A stretch of DNA of 45,962 bases from an uncultured Candidatus Peribacteria bacterium (GTDB lineage: Bacteria; Patescibacteriota; Gracilibacteria; UBA1369; LOWO2-01-FULL-3). Positions 37,510-45,546 of the stretch are shown one piece after another. A program made the position numbers and the translations under genes. Position 1 is the stretch's first letter. Every line of letters starts with the position of its first letter. The notes beneath the pieces are model-generated. The model ran no database searches, was not told the origin of the DNA, and saw only the letters and a program-made list of their open reading frames with translations. Location: NCBI GenBank assembly GCA_964629065.1, contig CAZVOZ010000002.1:13260-59221 (forward strand), written 5' to 3'.

Positions 37510-38874
37510 ATGAAGAAATTATTATTTATTGGTTTGTTTTTGTTGAGCTCTTTGACGGCTTTTGCGAGTTTTCCTGATGTGGAAGAAGATAGTGAGTATG
37601 CGCGGGCGGTGAATTTTTTGCAGGAAAGGGATGTGATTGATGGGTATCCGGATGGGACTTTTGGGCCGGATAAGACGCTTTCACGGGCGGAGTTGTTGAA
37701 GATTTTGATTGAGGCGGTGGGGATTTCGGATAATGAATTGGCGCCTTATTTTAATCAAAAGTGTTTTGAGGATGTTGTGGCGGGGCAATGGTTCACGAAA
37801 TATGTTTGTTATGCGAAGGATAAAGGGTTTGTGGTCGGTTATGAGAATGGGCGATTTTTTCGGCCGGCGCAGGATGTGACGGTGGTGGAGGCGATCAAGA
37901 TGACTTTGGCGGTTTTTGGTTATGAGTTTAGTGAAAATGAGGGTGATGTTTGGTATGTGGGCGTGGTGAATGCGGCTGCGGACAGTCATTTGATTCCGCC
38001 GGATGTGAGTGGTTTTAATACGCCGATGCGTCGAGAGCAAATGGCGGAATTGGCGACACGGGCGGTGAAAGATGGCGAAGGGACTTTGGATGAGCATTTG
38101 GAGGATAGTAGTGATAAGGATGCGCCGGTAGATTTTGAGGAGATTGAGGAGAGGGTTGATCGATTTATTCATTATCCGGCGGTGGCAAGGTTTGAGTTTA
38201 AGGGAGCTTTGGTGGATGATTTGTTTTCTTTGTATTTTGTGCCAGATGAGCGCGCGGCGGATTTGGAAGGTGAGGATTGGACTTACTTTAAGGCTTTAGA
38301 AGGGTATTTGGTGAAGGATGGTGAAACGATGGGGGGTTATAGTGATGGTTCTTATAAGGATGAGGATTTTATTGCGGATACTTTTACTTTTAATGCTGAG
38401 GATTTGGCGATTTTTAATGAAGGATGTGTGTATGTGGATGATTATGATTTTGCTTTGTATTTTCCAGCGAATTTTGATTTGACGGTAGTTTCTGGGCGAT
38501 TTGATGCGAATTATTTTAAGTCGTTGGGGTATGTTGCTGACGAAAGCGGGAAAATTGATTTCGTGAAATATAATCCTTGCGATGAGGGTAGCGGTGGTGA
38601 AGGTGGGACGGGTGGGAGAGAGATAATTTTAGAAGATAATAGTGGTGAATCAGATGGAGCGACGGCTATGGAAACTTTGATTTGGTTGGAGGAATATGTT
38701 GATCGGTGGATTGCTAACGGGAATCCGTTTTGGGAGGATTATAATTATGGAATGGATTTCTTTAAGGATATTAAAGAGGCCGAAGTTGATGGAGATACTT
38801 ATAATCGGGTGCACGCCAAATTCCGTGAAATGGCTGATTTGATTCAGCGGAATCTGGATTATTGGAGTAATTAG
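37510..38874 (+). CDS. Secreted protein with N-terminal SLH (S-layer homology) repeats and an uncharacterised acidic C-terminal domain
   Basis: 454 aa. Has the signal peptide MKKLLFIGLFLLSSLTAFA, then about three SLH-like repeats (FPDV..YARAVNFLQERDVIDGYPDGTFGPDKTLSRAELLKIL; FEDV..WFTKYVCYAKDKGFVVGY.NGRFFRPAQDVTVVEAIKM; a third, weaker one). These are followed by a D/E/Y/F-rich region with a Gly-rich linker (EGSGGEGGTGG). Confidence 0.75.
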   Translation: MKKLLFIGLFLLSSLTAFASFPDVEEDSEYARAVNFLQERDVIDGYPDGTFGPDKTLSRAELLKILIEAVGISDNELAPYFNQKCFEDVVAGQWFTKYVCYAKDKGFVVGYENGRFFRPAQDVTVVEAIKMTLAVFGYEFSENEGDVWYVGVVNAAADSHLIPPDVSGFNTPMRREQMAELATRAVKDGEGTLDEHLEDSSDKDAPVDFEEIEERVDRFIHYPAVARFEFKGALVDDLFSLYFVPDERAADLEGEDWTYFKALEGYLVKDGETMGGYSDGSYKDEDFIADTFTFNAEDLAIFNEGCVYVDDYDFALYFPANFDLTVVSGRFDANYFKSLGYVADESGKIDFVKYNPCDEGSGGEGGTGGREIILEDNSGESDGATAMETLIWLEEYVDRWIANGNPFWEDYNYGMDFFKDIKEAEVDGDTYNRVHAKFREMADLIQRNLDYWSN

Positions 38875-39428
38875 GCTTTGCTGACATAGCTGCCGTCTTC
38901 GGTGTTGACGATGATTTTTTCGCCTTCACTGATGAAGAGGGGAGCTTTGACTTTGGCGCCGGTGTCGATTTCGACATCTTTGGAGCCGCCGGTGGCGGTG
39001 TCGCCTTTGACTCCGGGTGGAGCGGAGATGACGGTGAAGGTCATTTTTGGCGGTAGTTGGATGCTGACGGGAGTGCCTTCGATGTAGAGGGCGTAGCATT
39101 CGGTGTCTTCGAGAAGGAATCTTTTGGCATCGCCGATGGTGGCTTCTGGGAATGAGAATTGTTCGTAGCTGTCGTTATCCATAAAGTGGTATTCGCTGCC
39201 GTCGTTGTAAAGGTATTGGCATTTTTTGCGTTGAGTTTCGACGGTTTCGACGGCTTCGCCGGAACGGAAGGTGTTTTCGACGACTTGGTCGGTTTTGATA
39301 TTGCGAAGTTTGCAGCGAGTGAAAGCGGCACCTTTTCCTGGGTTGACGAATTGGGCGTCGACGATGAGCCAATTGCCGTGTTTCCAGCTGAGAGTGAGAC
39401 CTTTAACGATGTTTGTGGTGGATGCCAT
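38871..39428 (-). CDS. efp: Elongation factor P
   Basis: 185 aa. The conserved loop is VNPGKGAAF (Lys32, equivalent to E. coli Lys34). The three-domain EF-P sequence ends ...GEKIIVNTEDGSYVSKA. Confidence 0.93.
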   Translation of the reverse strand: MASTTNIVKGLTLSWKHGNWLIVDAQFVNPGKGAAFTRCKLRNIKTDQVVENTFRSGEAVETVETQRKKCQYLYNDGSEYHFMDNDSYEQFSFPEATIGDAKRFLLEDTECYALYIEGTPVSIQLPPKMTFTVISAPPGVKGDTATGGSKDVEIDTGAKVKAPLFISEGEKIIVNTEDGSYVSKA

Positions 39429-39430
39429 GT

Positions 39431-40411
39431 TTAGTGGTTAATGAATTCGGTGGCGGGGAAAAGGAGCGTTTCGTTGATGTGTTTTTTCCCGAGAAGGAGC
39501 ATGACGAGGCGGTCAATGCCGAGGGCAATGCCGGCGCAAGGCTTGCTGATCGATTCTAGGGCAGAGAGGAATTGTTCGTCAATGGGGAAGACGGTTTTGC
39601 CGAGTTTTTGGCGTTCGTGTTGTTCTTGTTTTAGTCTTTCGCGTTGTTCGGTGGCGTCGATCAGTTCGGAGAAGCCGTTGGCGAGTTCGAGGCCTTTGAT
39701 GTAGAGCTCGAAGCGCTCGGCGTAGAAGGGGTCGGTGGCGGATTTTTTGGCGAGGGCGGCTTGGGTGGATGGGTAGTCTTTGAGGATTTGCGGCGCGGTT
39801 TGGCCGAGGTGGCGTTCGAGATGATCTAATAGTAGTTTAAAAAAAATATCATCGAAGCTTGTGCAATCGCCGAGGTCGTAGGTTTTTTTGGCTTCGGTTT
39901 GGAGATTTTTGAGGTTAATGTTTAGTTTTTGTTGGAAAAGTTCGGCGCAAGTGGTTTCGGTGAGTGGTTTGGTGATGAGGGTTTTTGTGGCTTTGCTGAT
40001 GAAGGGGAGTTTGGCGAGGTGTTGGAGGAGGTTTTGGCAGTCTTTGATGAGGTGGTTGTAGTCGGCTTTGTGGCGGTACCATTCGAGCATGGTGAATTCG
40101 GGATTGTGGGTTGGCCCGCCGATTTCGCCGTTTCGAAAGACTTTTGTGATTTGGAAAATTTTGGTGAAGCCTGGACGCGCGAGGAGGCGTTTCATTTGGA
40201 GTTCGGGGGAGTGGTTTAAGTAGAGTTTGTTTTGGTTTGTGAAGCGCGTTTCGAACGGCGTTAGATGTGGCTCCATGCCTGGAGTTTTGACGAGAATGGG
40301 CGTTTCAACTTCGAGGAATTTTTGGCTGGTGAAAAAGTCGCGGATGGCTTGGAGGATTTGGGCGCGGTGATGGGCGGTTTTTGCGCTTGTGGTGGCTTGT
40401 GAATTTGGCAT
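39431..40411 (-). CDS. epmA: EF-P lysine-34 lysyltransferase EpmA (PoxA/GenX; LysRS class II paralogue)
   Basis: 326 aa. Close by-eye match to EpmA blocks: FLEVETP, TPFETRF, HNPEFTMLEWYR, AERFELYIKGLELANGFSEL.DA.EQR.R and GIALGIDRLVMLLLG. It has no anticodon-binding domain. It lies immediately upstream of efp. Confidence 0.85.
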   Translation of the reverse strand: MPNSQATTSAKTAHHRAQILQAIRDFFTSQKFLEVETPILVKTPGMEPHLTPFETRFTNQNKLYLNHSPELQMKRLLARPGFTKIFQITKVFRNGEIGGPTHNPEFTMLEWYRHKADYNHLIKDCQNLLQHLAKLPFISKATKTLITKPLTETTCAELFQQKLNINLKNLQTEAKKTYDLGDCTSFDDIFFKLLLDHLERHLGQTAPQILKDYPSTQAALAKKSATDPFYAERFELYIKGLELANGFSELIDATEQRERLKQEQHERQKLGKTVFPIDEQFLSALESISKPCAGIALGIDRLVMLLLGKKHINETLLFPATEFINH

Positions 40412-40425
40412 GATTGTGGTAAAAT
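40397..40425 (+). promoter_or_regulatory. Extended -10 promoter for the orphan gene (TTGTGA-N17-TAAAAT with a TG extension)
   Basis: On the + strand the -35 is TTGTGA (40397-40402). TG lies at 40417-40418 and the -10 TAAAAT at 40420-40425. It sits about 27 nt upstream of the ATG at 40452 and lies partly inside the epmA 5' end. Confidence 0.45.
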
Positions 40426-40451
40426 ATACGCAAAGTTTAACAAAAATAAAA

Positions 40452-42137
40452 ATGAAAAGTTTATTTAATTTATTTAGGGAGAAAAGGTTGGTTTTTAGGG
40501 GGGAGGAGGTGCCGAATACTAAGGAGGGAGGTTTGGTAGGTGGAGATGTTCTGGCGAACCAGCTTGAGGCTATTAAATTTGATGAAGGTACTTGTAGAGA
40601 GGAGATTGTATATGAATTAAAGAAAGCTTTGGATACTAATGATAAGGGGAAGGGGTATTATTTGACGAAAGTGATTTGGGATTTAACTCGTAGAATTCCT
40701 TATTTTGAAAATGTTACAGCAGATGAAGTTCAAACGGCCGTTGATCGAAAATGGAGTGGCCAATATTTGAAGAATGCGTTTGAGAATGCAAAGGATTACA
40801 TGAAAGGAGCTAGAGGTGAGCGTGCTTTTAATGGCGAACCTAGATTTGAAGATGTTGTGAAGAAGATGTTGGAGGTTGAGGGAACATACGGGGCTGATAA
40901 AAAGGAGTTTAATAAAAAGTATGATGAACTTGCGAAGAGTGTTAGGAGAGAAGCTGAGAGTACTGTTGCGGATGCCTTGGTGGGTGATGGTTTTTTAGAT
41001 TTGAGTTCAAAAGAGAGGTTGTTGATTGATTTAGCTGATTCTGAGGTGACAATTTATTCATTGATTGACTCGTTGAGTGGTAATTCAACTTTGGAAGAGA
41101 AATATTTAGGGGTGTTGAAGGGATTTGCTAAGAAAATGGAAGGGGTTTCGAATAAATATTCGAATTTTGATGTGAAAATGACGAAAATTGACTCTAAGAG
41201 TATCAAAGCTGATTTGGAAACTGCAAAATGGCAAATCAGCGTGGTAAATGATGCTTTGGAACGTGCTAATTCTAATAAAATGGTTATTGAGGAACAGCCT
41301 ATTCGTGGTCCTCATGTTAAGCCAGAATCTCTACCTGTGGGGCTTGAATCACAAGATCAGCTGTCATATTTGGCTGAAGGTGAAAAAGGGAAGATGATGG
41401 CTGATTTGGTTCGAGTGGAGCTTGAATTGAGGGGGGTGATGGATGAGTTGAAGGAATTTTCTAGAGGTGAAGGAAGGATTTCTGCTTTGGAGAAATCTGC
41501 CAATCATTTGGCTGATTTGTATGATAAGTATTTTGATTTGGATGAGAGGGTTTCAAATAAAGATCAGTCAGAAATTGAAACTGAATTGCTTCTTGCTGAA
41601 GGTAAAATTGTTGAGGCGCAAAACTTTTTGAAACTTGAGCGTGAATCTCGAGCGAGGGTTGTTGGTTCGAATGAAGCTGAGGCAAAGGTGAGAGTCGAGA
41701 CTACGGATTTATATCATGAGGCTGGTGACAAGGTGGGAGAAAATGTTCAAGCTGCGGTTGATTCTGTTTCTCCAAAAGATAAGAGTTTTGAATTTAAAGA
41801 TCTTTTGCCAGAAACAAAAGCAGCAATTAGTTATATTAAGAAGGTGATGGTGAGAGAACCTAATTTTTCTCATGGTCAAGTGGAAATGCATGAATCTGTG
41901 ATGAAGGATAAGTATGTGGTTAAATTGAAATTTGGTAGGGATGGAGTAATGAAGGATTTAGGAAGGGTAGAGTTTTCTGATGATGGGACTTGTAATGTTT
42001 TTGATCAGAATAATGATCTGATGGTTTTTGCAGAGCCATTAAGCTCTTTGGGGAAAGGTTCTGTTTTCTTGGAAAGATGGTTGCAGTTGGCTAATAATAT
42101 GGATGCTGCTCTTGGGATGAGGGATATTGCTAGTTAG
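40452..42137 (+). CDS. Hypothetical protein (561 aa, acidic, predicted largely helical/coiled-coil, no recognisable domain)
   Basis: A long ORF with coherent, non-low-complexity protein sequence. It has no signal peptide or TM segment. I chose the ATG at 40452 (MKSLFNLF...) because the tracked start at 40389 overlaps the epmA 5' end. By eye it is AT-richer than its neighbours. Confidence 0.7.
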   Translation: MKSLFNLFREKRLVFRGEEVPNTKEGGLVGGDVLANQLEAIKFDEGTCREEIVYELKKALDTNDKGKGYYLTKVIWDLTRRIPYFENVTADEVQTAVDRKWSGQYLKNAFENAKDYMKGARGERAFNGEPRFEDVVKKMLEVEGTYGADKKEFNKKYDELAKSVRREAESTVADALVGDGFLDLSSKERLLIDLADSEVTIYSLIDSLSGNSTLEEKYLGVLKGFAKKMEGVSNKYSNFDVKMTKIDSKSIKADLETAKWQISVVNDALERANSNKMVIEEQPIRGPHVKPESLPVGLESQDQLSYLAEGEKGKMMADLVRVELELRGVMDELKEFSRGEGRISALEKSANHLADLYDKYFDLDERVSNKDQSEIETELLLAEGKIVEAQNFLKLERESRARVVGSNEAEAKVRVETTDLYHEAGDKVGENVQAAVDSVSPKDKSFEFKDLLPETKAAISYIKKVMVREPNFSHGQVEMHESVMKDKYVVKLKFGRDGVMKDLGRVEFSDDGTCNVFDQNNDLMVFAEPLSSLGKGSVFLERWLQLANNMDAALGMRDIAS

Positions 42138-42727
42138 GGAGTGAGGTTTATTGTTTGAGCTTTCTGTTTTATTTTACTGGCTGGAAGATTTTCCTCTTCC
42201 AGCCTTTTTATTGTGGTGTCGCGGTTTTTGGCGAGGAGGAGGATGTGTTTGGCTTTGAGGATCGTGGGGATGGTGAGGGTGAGGCGATCTTTAATTGCAA
42301 ATTCTTTTGGCGCGATTGTGTAAGTGACGGGTTCGGTGGATTCTGGTGTGTCGGGGAAAATTGAGGCGATGTGGCCGTCGGGGCCGAGGGAAAGGATGAT
42401 GAGGTCGAATTGAGTGGGGATTTTGGCGGTGTAGTCTTCGATAGATGTTTCGATTTGTAGGTCGGTGTTGAAGGGCGTGAAGTGTGCTGGTTTGAGAATT
42501 TCGCGGATCATTTTTTGGTTGGAGTCGGGGTGTGTGGCGGGGACGAAGCGTTCGTCGGTTTGGAAAAAGTGGGCTTGTTTGGCGAGGGGAGTTTGGCTTA
42601 GGGCTTGGTAAAGAGGCTTAACTGTTTGGCCGCCGCAGAGTGCAACAGTTTTTGGATTGATTGATCGGATGTAATCGAGCGCTGTCTCGATCCACTCGGA
42701 TTCGGAAGTGAAGTTTTTAGAGTTCAT
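42134..42727 (-). CDS. pgl: 6-phosphogluconolactonase
   Basis: 197 aa. Carries motifs of the SugarP-isomerase/6PGL family (ALCGGQTVKPLY, FQTDERFVP..HPDSN, LILSLGPDGHIASIFP). It overlaps zwf by 11 nt. Confidence 0.85.
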   Translation of the reverse strand: MNSKNFTSESEWIETALDYIRSINPKTVALCGGQTVKPLYQALSQTPLAKQAHFFQTDERFVPATHPDSNQKMIREILKPAHFTPFNTDLQIETSIEDYTAKIPTQFDLIILSLGPDGHIASIFPDTPESTEPVTYTIAPKEFAIKDRLTLTIPTILKAKHILLLAKNRDTTIKRLEEENLPASKIKQKAQTINLTP

Positions 42728-43964
42728 ACCAAGGGAAGTTGTTTTTGGGGCCGAGTGAGCCGTCGGGATATTTGGCGGTTTTGATTTTTTTCATTAGGGA
42801 GAGGATTTGGTCGGTGATTTCCCAGGCGGCGATGATTTCGTTGATGGTGAGGAAGTATTTTTTGCGGCTGCGCAGGGCTTCACGGATGAGGAAGGAGTAT
42901 TCGCTGAGGCAGCGGTCGCCTTCGCAGGAGAGAGAGGTTTTGGTATGTTGGATTTTTTCTTGTCCAGTGAGGTGGATTTGGATTTCTTCGTCTGGTTGGA
43001 GGATGAAGATGAGTCTATTGGGTTCGGTTTTTTTGTCTTGGAAGGGGAATTTTTTTAGTTCGATGGTAATGTAAGTTTTGCGGGTGGAAAGTTTTTTGCC
43101 GGTGCGGATGTAGATCGGGACTTGATACCAACTTTCGCGGTTGATGAAGAGTTTTGCGGCGACGAAGGTTTCGGTTTTGGAGTTTTTGGGGATGTTTTTT
43201 TCTTTGGTGTAGCTGGCGTATTGGCCTAGGGTGAGGTTTTTTTGGGAGGCTTCGAATTTGAGCGAGGAGAGGATGTTTTCTTTTTCTTGGTGGAGGCTGT
43301 GTTCGTCTTCGGTGATGGGGATGGACATGGTGATGAGGGCGAGGATTTGGAGGAGGTGACTTTGGAGCATGTCTTTGAGCGCGCCGACTTGGTCGAAGTA
43401 GCCGCCGCGTTCTTCGATGCCGATGGTTTCGAGCGCGGAGATTTGGATGTTGGCGATTTCGGCACCTTTCATCATGAGGTTGAGGATGCGGTTTTCGTGG
43501 CGGAGGTGGAGGAGGCTTTTGACGGCGTTTTTGCCGAGGTAGTGGTCGAGGAGGTAGATGTCTTTTTCGTAGAAGTATTTGCTGATGAAGTGGAAAAGTT
43601 CTTTGGAGGTTTTGGCATTTTCGCCAAAGGGTTTTTCGAGGATTAGTTTCGTTTTGATTTTGGCCTCGGCGAGGTTTTGAACGATCGGTTGGAAAATGTT
43701 TGGTGGTACGGCGAAGTAGCTGAGAATGTGTTTGTGTTTGATTTGGGCTTTGAGTTTTTTGAAATCTTCAAGGTTTGTGTAGTCCCCTTGGATGTAGTCG
43801 ATGTTTTGAGTTTTTGGTTTCGGGCTGCGGGCGAAGCCGATGATTTGGAATTCGGCGGGGAGGCGGTTTTGGGCTTTTAGTTCTTTGATGGCGGGAAAGA
43901 GTTTGAGTTTGGCGAGGTCGCCGGAAGCGCCGAAGATGATTAATGTAGTAGAGGGGATTTTCAT
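42717..43964 (-). CDS. zwf: Glucose-6-phosphate 1-dehydrogenase (short form)
   Basis: 415 aa. Has the dinucleotide-binding IIFGASGDLAKLKLFPA, EKPFG and the active-site LLDHYLGK. It is shorter than the commonly described enzymes of about 480-500 aa. Confidence 0.88.
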   Translation of the reverse strand: MKIPSTTLIIFGASGDLAKLKLFPAIKELKAQNRLPAEFQIIGFARSPKPKTQNIDYIQGDYTNLEDFKKLKAQIKHKHILSYFAVPPNIFQPIVQNLAEAKIKTKLILEKPFGENAKTSKELFHFISKYFYEKDIYLLDHYLGKNAVKSLLHLRHENRILNLMMKGAEIANIQISALETIGIEERGGYFDQVGALKDMLQSHLLQILALITMSIPITEDEHSLHQEKENILSSLKFEASQKNLTLGQYASYTKEKNIPKNSKTETFVAAKLFINRESWYQVPIYIRTGKKLSTRKTYITIELKKFPFQDKKTEPNRLIFILQPDEEIQIHLTGQEKIQHTKTSLSCEGDRCLSEYSFLIREALRSRKKYFLTINEIIAAWEITDQILSLMKKIKTAKYPDGSLGPKNNFPWYEL

Positions 43965-43986
43965 GCTTTTTATTTTAGCAGAGGAA

Positions 43987-43995
43987 TGTTAAATT
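43987..43995 (+). promoter_or_regulatory. Possible extended -10 element (TGTTAAATT) positioned for a leaderless aroC transcript
   Basis: TG lies at 43987-43988 and the -10 TAAATT at 43990-43995. The A of the aroC ATG (44002) is 7 nt after the -10. The -35 is poor (TTTTTA). The divergent spacer with zwf is only 37 nt. Confidence 0.3.
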
Positions 43996-44001
43996 GGCGA
44001 T

Positions 44002-45084
44002 ATGGCTGGTAATAGTTTTGGTAAAATTTTTGTGGTGACGACTTTCGGCGAATCGCATGGGCCGATGATTGGCTGTGTGATTGATGGTTGTCCGGCAGGG
44101 CTTTCTTTGAGTGAGGAAGATGTGCAAGTGGAGTTGGATAGACGGCGGCCAGGGCAAAGTAGTGTCACGACTAGTCGAGATGAGGAAGATGGCGTGTCGA
44201 TTATGACGGGCGTTTTTGAAGGTGTGACGACGGGGATGCCGATTATGATGTTGATTAAGAATAAAGATCAGCGGTCGGGGGATTATGCGAATGTGGCAGA
44301 GGTTTTTCGGCCTTCGCATGCGGATTATGTTTATCAAGAAAAATATGGTGTGCGGGATTATCGTGGTGGTGGGCGATCTTCGGCGCGGGAGACGGCTTGT
44401 CGTGTTGCGGCGGGAGCGGTGGCGAAGAAGTTTTTAGAGTCGGTGATTGAGGGGTATTCGTGTACGGGTTTTGTGTCGCAAGTGGGGGATTTGCGGGCTG
44501 GTGATGTTGGTGAAGTGACAAGGTCAATGGTGGAGGCGAATGTGGTGCGTTGTCCAGATTCTGGCGCGGCGGAGCAAATGATTGAATTGATTGAAAAGGT
44601 CAAAGCGGAGGGCGATACGGTTGGTGGGGTAGTCAGTTGTGTAGTCAAAGGTTTGCCGGTTGGCTTGGGTGAGCCGGTTTTTGATCGTTTGAATGCGGAT
44701 TTGGGTAAGGCGATGATGTCGATTAATGCGGTGAAGGGTTTTGAAGTGGGGAGTGGTTTTGGGGGAGTTGAGATGAAGGGTAGTGAGCATAATGACCAGT
44801 TTTATAAGGAGGGAGAGCGGGTGCGGACGAAGACGAATAATTCTGGTGGTATTCAAGGAGGGATTTCTAATGGTGAGGATGTTTGTTTTCGCGTGGCGTT
44901 TAAGCCTGTGGCGACGGTGATGAAGGAGCAGGATTCGGTTTCAGTTTCGGGTGAAGAGGCGAAGATGCGCGCGGTGGGAAGGCATGATCCTTGTGTGGTG
45001 CCGCGGGCGGTGCCGATTGTAGAGGCGATGGCTAATTTGGTGATTGTGGATCATTATTTGAGAGCGAAAATTTATCAATCTTAA
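44002..45084 (+). CDS. aroC: Chorismate synthase
   Basis: 360 aa. Contains [55 protein letters not shown] and [18 protein letters not shown]. Confidence 0.94.
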   Translation: MAGNSFGKIFVVTTFGESHGPMIGCVIDGCPAGLSLSEEDVQVELDRRRPGQSSVTTSRDEEDGVSIMTGVFEGVTTGMPIMMLIKNKDQRSGDYANVAEVFRPSHADYVYQEKYGVRDYRGGGRSSARETACRVAAGAVAKKFLESVIEGYSCTGFVSQVGDLRAGDVGEVTRSMVEANVVRCPDSGAAEQMIELIEKVKAEGDTVGGVVSCVVKGLPVGLGEPVFDRLNADLGKAMMSINAVKGFEVGSGFGGVEMKGSEHNDQFYKEGERVRTKTNNSGGIQGGISNGEDVCFRVAFKPVATVMKEQDSVSVSGEEAKMRAVGRHDPCVVPRAVPIVEAMANLVIVDHYLRAKIYQS

Positions 45085-45096
45085 TCCCAATCCAAA

Positions 45097-45543
45097 ATGA
45101 TTTTCAATTCTGAGGTACTTAGTTTGTTTGTTTTATTGGCGGGTTTTGTGATTGGGCTTGGTGCGGTGACGGTGATTGATATTCATGGATTTTTGGGGAG
45201 GAAGTCAGAGTATTGGACTTTGGCGACAACTAGGACGCACAAGGTGACGAAACCGTTGATTTGGTTAGGGATTTTGTTGCATTTGGTCGGACTTTATTTG
45301 GTGTTTGGTTTTGCTGATTTAGGGGTTGTGGGTTTGATGTATGCGATTGATGGTGTGTTGATTTTTAATGGTTTGTTTTTGACTTTTGGGGTGAGTCGCT
45401 ATTTATTGCGGCGTGAAGCGAAAGGGCAGTCTGAAAAACTGTTGCCTTTTAGTTGGCAGTGGAAAATTACGGTGAGTTTTTTGATTTCTTTCTTTGGGTG
45501 GTGGGGGAATTTGCTGCTTTTGTGTGCGGTGATGTTTGGGTAG
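45097..45543 (+). CDS. Small integral membrane protein (about 4 TM), unknown function
   Basis: 148 aa with four hydrophobic stretches. It starts 12 nt after the aroC stop. No recognisable family. Confidence 0.55.
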   Translation: MIFNSEVLSLFVLLAGFVIGLGAVTVIDIHGFLGRKSEYWTLATTRTHKVTKPLIWLGILLHLVGLYLVFGFADLGVVGLMYAIDGVLIFNGLFLTFGVSRYLLRREAKGQSEKLLPFSWQWKITVSFLISFFGWWGNLLLLCAVMFG

Positions 45544-45546
45544 GAA

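Noticed and set aside
40389-40451. Upstream start (MVACEFGMIVVKYTQSLTKIK...) for the orphan ORF.
   Set aside because: It overlaps the epmA 5' end by 23 nt on the opposite strand and covers the promoter-like TTGTGA...TGGTAAAAT element. The ATG at 40452 gives a cleaner gene boundary. The choice remains uncertain.
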